Assembly: GCA_965113315.1 (NCBI GenBank)
Contig: OZ220368.1
Reading direction: 5' to 3' (one strand)
Origin: Podarcis vaucheri
Lineage: Eukaryota
Length of the DNA stretch: 64,000 bases
In this document: positions 60,754-64,000 of the stretch, one piece after another
Position numbering within the stretch: position 1 is the first letter of the stretch
How the letters are laid out: each line of letters begins with the position of its first letter
Translations under genes and position numbers: made by a program
The notes under the pieces: generated by a model
What the model was told of the DNA's origin: nothing
Database searches by the model: none
Seen by the model: only the letters and a program-made list of their open reading frames with translations

Positions 60754-61120
60754 GTAAAGGTAAAGGTAAAGGTAAAGGTACCCCTGCCCGAACGGGCCAG
60801 TCTTGACAGACTCTGGGGTTTGTGCGCCCATCTCACTCAAGAGGCCGGGGGCCAGCGCTGTCCGGAGACACTTCCGGTCACGTGGCCAGCGTGACAAAGC
60901 TGCATCTGGCGAGCCAGCGCAGCACACGGAACGCCGTTTACCTTCCCGCTGGTAAGCGGTCCCTATTTATCTACTTGCACCAGGGGGTGCTTTCGAACTG
61001 CTAGGTTGGCAGGCGCTGGGACCGAGCAGCAGGAGCGCACCCCGCCGCGGGGATTCGAACCGCCGACCTTTCGATCGGCAAGCCCTAGGCACTGAGGCTT
61101 TTACCCACAGCGCCACCCGC
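60754..61120 (-). mobile_element. Sauria SINE (young, POM-like)
   Basis: A-box TGGCGCTGTGG, B-box GGTTCGAATCC (61051-61061), (ACCTTT)4 tail, many intact CpGs. Confidence 0.92.
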
Positions 61121-61894
61121 TTAAATCTAAGGGTAGAGTTCTCACTTTGAGGATAAAATGTTCCACTTTAATGTCATGGCTGATGAGGTCCAATGCAGTG
61201 CTAATACAATCTGTGTAGTCCATAGGTGTGGTTTTCTGTGTTGAGCTTGGGAGAGCCTTAAGGCATCCCACCAGGTCTAGGCTCCACCAGGGCCCATTGC
61301 CAGGCAGCACTGCCAAAGCCTTTAGGATAGGATAATGAAGAAACCTAAATGCAGCCTACATGACCTTTTTTCAAACGAGGACCCTAATATTTAAAACAGG
61401 AACAAATCACATATCTTTTTTGGCCACTATTTTGGGAAAAAATTAGTTTGAATAACCTTGACTTCTGGTACTTGACTTCTTGACTTCCAGTATGGCAAAC
61501 AGCCATATTGGAAAAGAAACTAAAAGAAGACAGAGGACAAAGTATGACTTTTTCCAATTTGGTTTTCCTTTATTTCCTATACAAATAAATTTGAACACAA
61601 CCACCCCACCCCACTCCTACAGTGTATCAAGTTATTTGGTTACAAAAAGCTTATAAAGATCGACTGCTTTGCTTTATGTACATATTTCTTTGCCACACAC
61701 ACATTTTTACTCTGTATTGTATAAATTTTCCTGTTATATACTATTTGTTTTATGTTTGTTATTGAAAAGCAATAGAAACTTACATTAGAAATAAATAAAG
61801 TTTACAGCAGGAGGCTCTCAGCATTAAGTTTACTGGACAGTATAACAAAGCTTCACATCTGAAAGTTGCAAAAGATGTATCAGTCCTGCATAGA

Positions 61895-61970
61895 TAGTAG
61901 AATTATAGAATCACAGAACCATAGAACTGCAGGGTTTCTGAGGGTCATCTAGTCCAACCCCTGAAATGCA
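61895..61970 (-). mobile_element. CR1-like/SINE 3' tail fragment
   Basis: atagaat repeats plus gagggtcatctagtccaacccc. Confidence 0.65.
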
Positions 61971-63361
61971 GCCAGCAGTGATTTATTTAGTCCAAATATT
62001 CAAGCCGGCCTTTTCTTTAAAAAGGAAAAGGAATGTATATCATACAATGAAAACGTTCGTTAATCCCCTATTCATTTATCTTTGTTCAGAAGCGTCCCCT
62101 AATGTCAAGGTGACAGTGTTTTTGCTTTCCTTAATAGACATTGGCAACTCAAGGATAATGTTGCCTTACTATGGAAAATGAACATCCTTCCCTGCGACAC
62201 AGTACTTTTCCTAGTGATTTCATCTCTTTTTATATCTCAGGGACCAGAATAGAGGAATGGAGATTCCAGACAGCACTTCGCGGTATTCTCCGTGGCATTC
62301 ACTTGTGTAAACCCAATGCGAGTCTCTAAATAGTTTCTAACAAAGATTTCTGACCTCTTCTTTCACCACCACCCCTGCTTCGCTGAAGGCCGACTGTAGG
62401 ATTTGTTGGTCTGGTCTCCTGGCCACACCATGATGCGTGTTGACTAGCTGTACAACATATACACTACTAGCAGGATTCAATGGAGTCCCATGTGATTCAA
62501 GGGGTCTCTGCAGAATCTATGTTCAAAGGGTGGTCAGCATTCAATCTACACAGGCAGGAAAGGGATCCATGTGTAGATTACAATGATCTTTAAAACATGT
62601 TCTTCATAAATGCAGCCAAAGGGGGAACAGATCCCTAACCCAGACTGTCGACATTCCATCTTGGACCTCAGGATTGCTTTACCTAAAAGGAAATATTTCA
62701 GAATGCAGTTGCTGCCAGGGGAACCAATATTTCCGCATCATTGCATAGCTATGTGACGGCCCTGTTCATGAGCTGAATAAAGAGCATTATGACTCTCTCT
62801 TGCTAAACAGTCACCATCTCCCATTCAGCAATGCACTGCATTCATGTCTAGCATAAATTGCAAGGTTTATGTACTCCGCTAAACGTACAGAGTATGTATT
62901 GTCGGATGGTATTTTGTATTCCCATTACTTTTTGTTCTTTCTTACACTTTGGCTTACTATTATTATGAAGCAGCCGAAGACCCATCACACTGAATGCTCA
63001 ATTCCATATGTATGTATCAGATACATCTAGCATGCTGCTGACAAGAAGCTCATGTCAAATAATGAGTAAACATCTCTAGAACCATACAAGGGTGGGGCGT
63101 TTTTCTCTCCCACCACATTGGTATAAACAAACAATGCAGCTATTTGGAATTTGTCCCTAAATTTCTTTTTACATAGCCTGTTTCAGGTACGATGAATCTT
63201 CTTTTTCACTGAAGGCTGTATACCCTTGAGGAAAATCTTTTGGCGGGTCTTATGCCAGTAGTGGGGAGCCAGAGCCCATATTGGGAGGGACACAACTGCT
63301 CCTTTTCTCTCTCTTTCGGTCACCTCCCTTTCCCCCCATTTCCTCCCTCCATGCCATAACA

Positions 63362-63497
63362 CAGGCATGGCCAAACTTGGCCCTCCAGCTGTTTGGGGAC
63401 TACAACTCCCATCACCCCTAGCTAACAGGACCAGTGGTCAGGGATGATGGGAATTGTAGTCCCCAAACAGCTGGAGGGCCAAGTTTGGCCATGCCTG
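63362..63497. mobile_element. Near-perfect palindromic hAT-like MITE
   Basis: 58-bp inverted arms (caggcatggccaaacttggccctccagctg...) with 2 mismatches. Confidence 0.88.
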
Positions 63498-64000
63498 GAT
63501 TAGCCTGAGGGCTCCAGTTTAGAAAAAGGAACCCTTCGATGGATGGAATTTCCTGCTTGCTGGTCATAGAAGCAATATTTAGCCGTGTGTTTGTATTTTG
63601 TATTAATCCCTGAAAGTGAAGATCCCGTCAAAATCTGTCATGTTGCAACTAAGATTTCATCAGGGTCTTCAATGTTTCTTTTTATTTCTGCTGTTGACTA
63701 TGTTAGCCTGCAACTGTTACTTAACACATGCCAGTCCTCTTCTGTACTTGTGCAGTGACATAACTCACATGTCTGTGATAGAAGGAAGCAGACACATTGG
63801 CAGCTGGTGGCTTATTGAAACAGCAAGGCTCAACTTTCGCCACATGCTGTGGGAGGGAAGGATCCATAGGGAGACAAAGGTCCCTTTGAAACGTGCAAAC
63901 AGGTGTAAAAAGGCTTTCAGGCTCATATCCATAGGCTTGGGGCAGGACCAGAGATCATCTTGCTCTCAAATGAAGCCATTGTTAACTATGCACGATAGGT

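Noticed and set aside
56500-64000. Expected next syntenic gene (LEMD2)
   Set aside because: No recognisable coding exon in this interval; it probably lies beyond the window.

Overview
This is eukaryotic (vertebrate) genomic DNA from a squamate, most likely a lacertid lizard, judged from the Sauria/POM-type SINEs and other squamate repeats. It carries the conserved ITPR3-UQCC2-IP6K3 block. The last 21 coding exons of ITPR3 lie on + (728-20926, 988 C-terminal aa including the channel domain). A complete 4-exon UQCC2 lies on - (31674-23296, 125 aa), tail-to-tail with ITPR3, with a CpG-island promoter. A complete 5-coding-exon IP6K3 lies on - (50168-35630, 410 aa). All splice junctions were read by hand and keep frame. 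The rest is intronic/intergenic DNA rich in SINEs, L2/CR1 ends, Tc1/mariner-type and hAT-type MITEs and one probable solo LTR. I found no prokaryotic-type system (CRISPR, defence island) and no convincing novel protein-coding gene. The most notable signals are: a clear U12 (minor-spliceosome) intron in IP6K3; a second intron with a perfect U12 donor in ITPR3; a possible overlapping convergent polyadenylation zone with a CTCF-like site between ITPR3 and UQCC2; a CpG-rich hAT MITE probably inside the IP6K3 3' UTR; and several candidate regulatory or hairpin elements.
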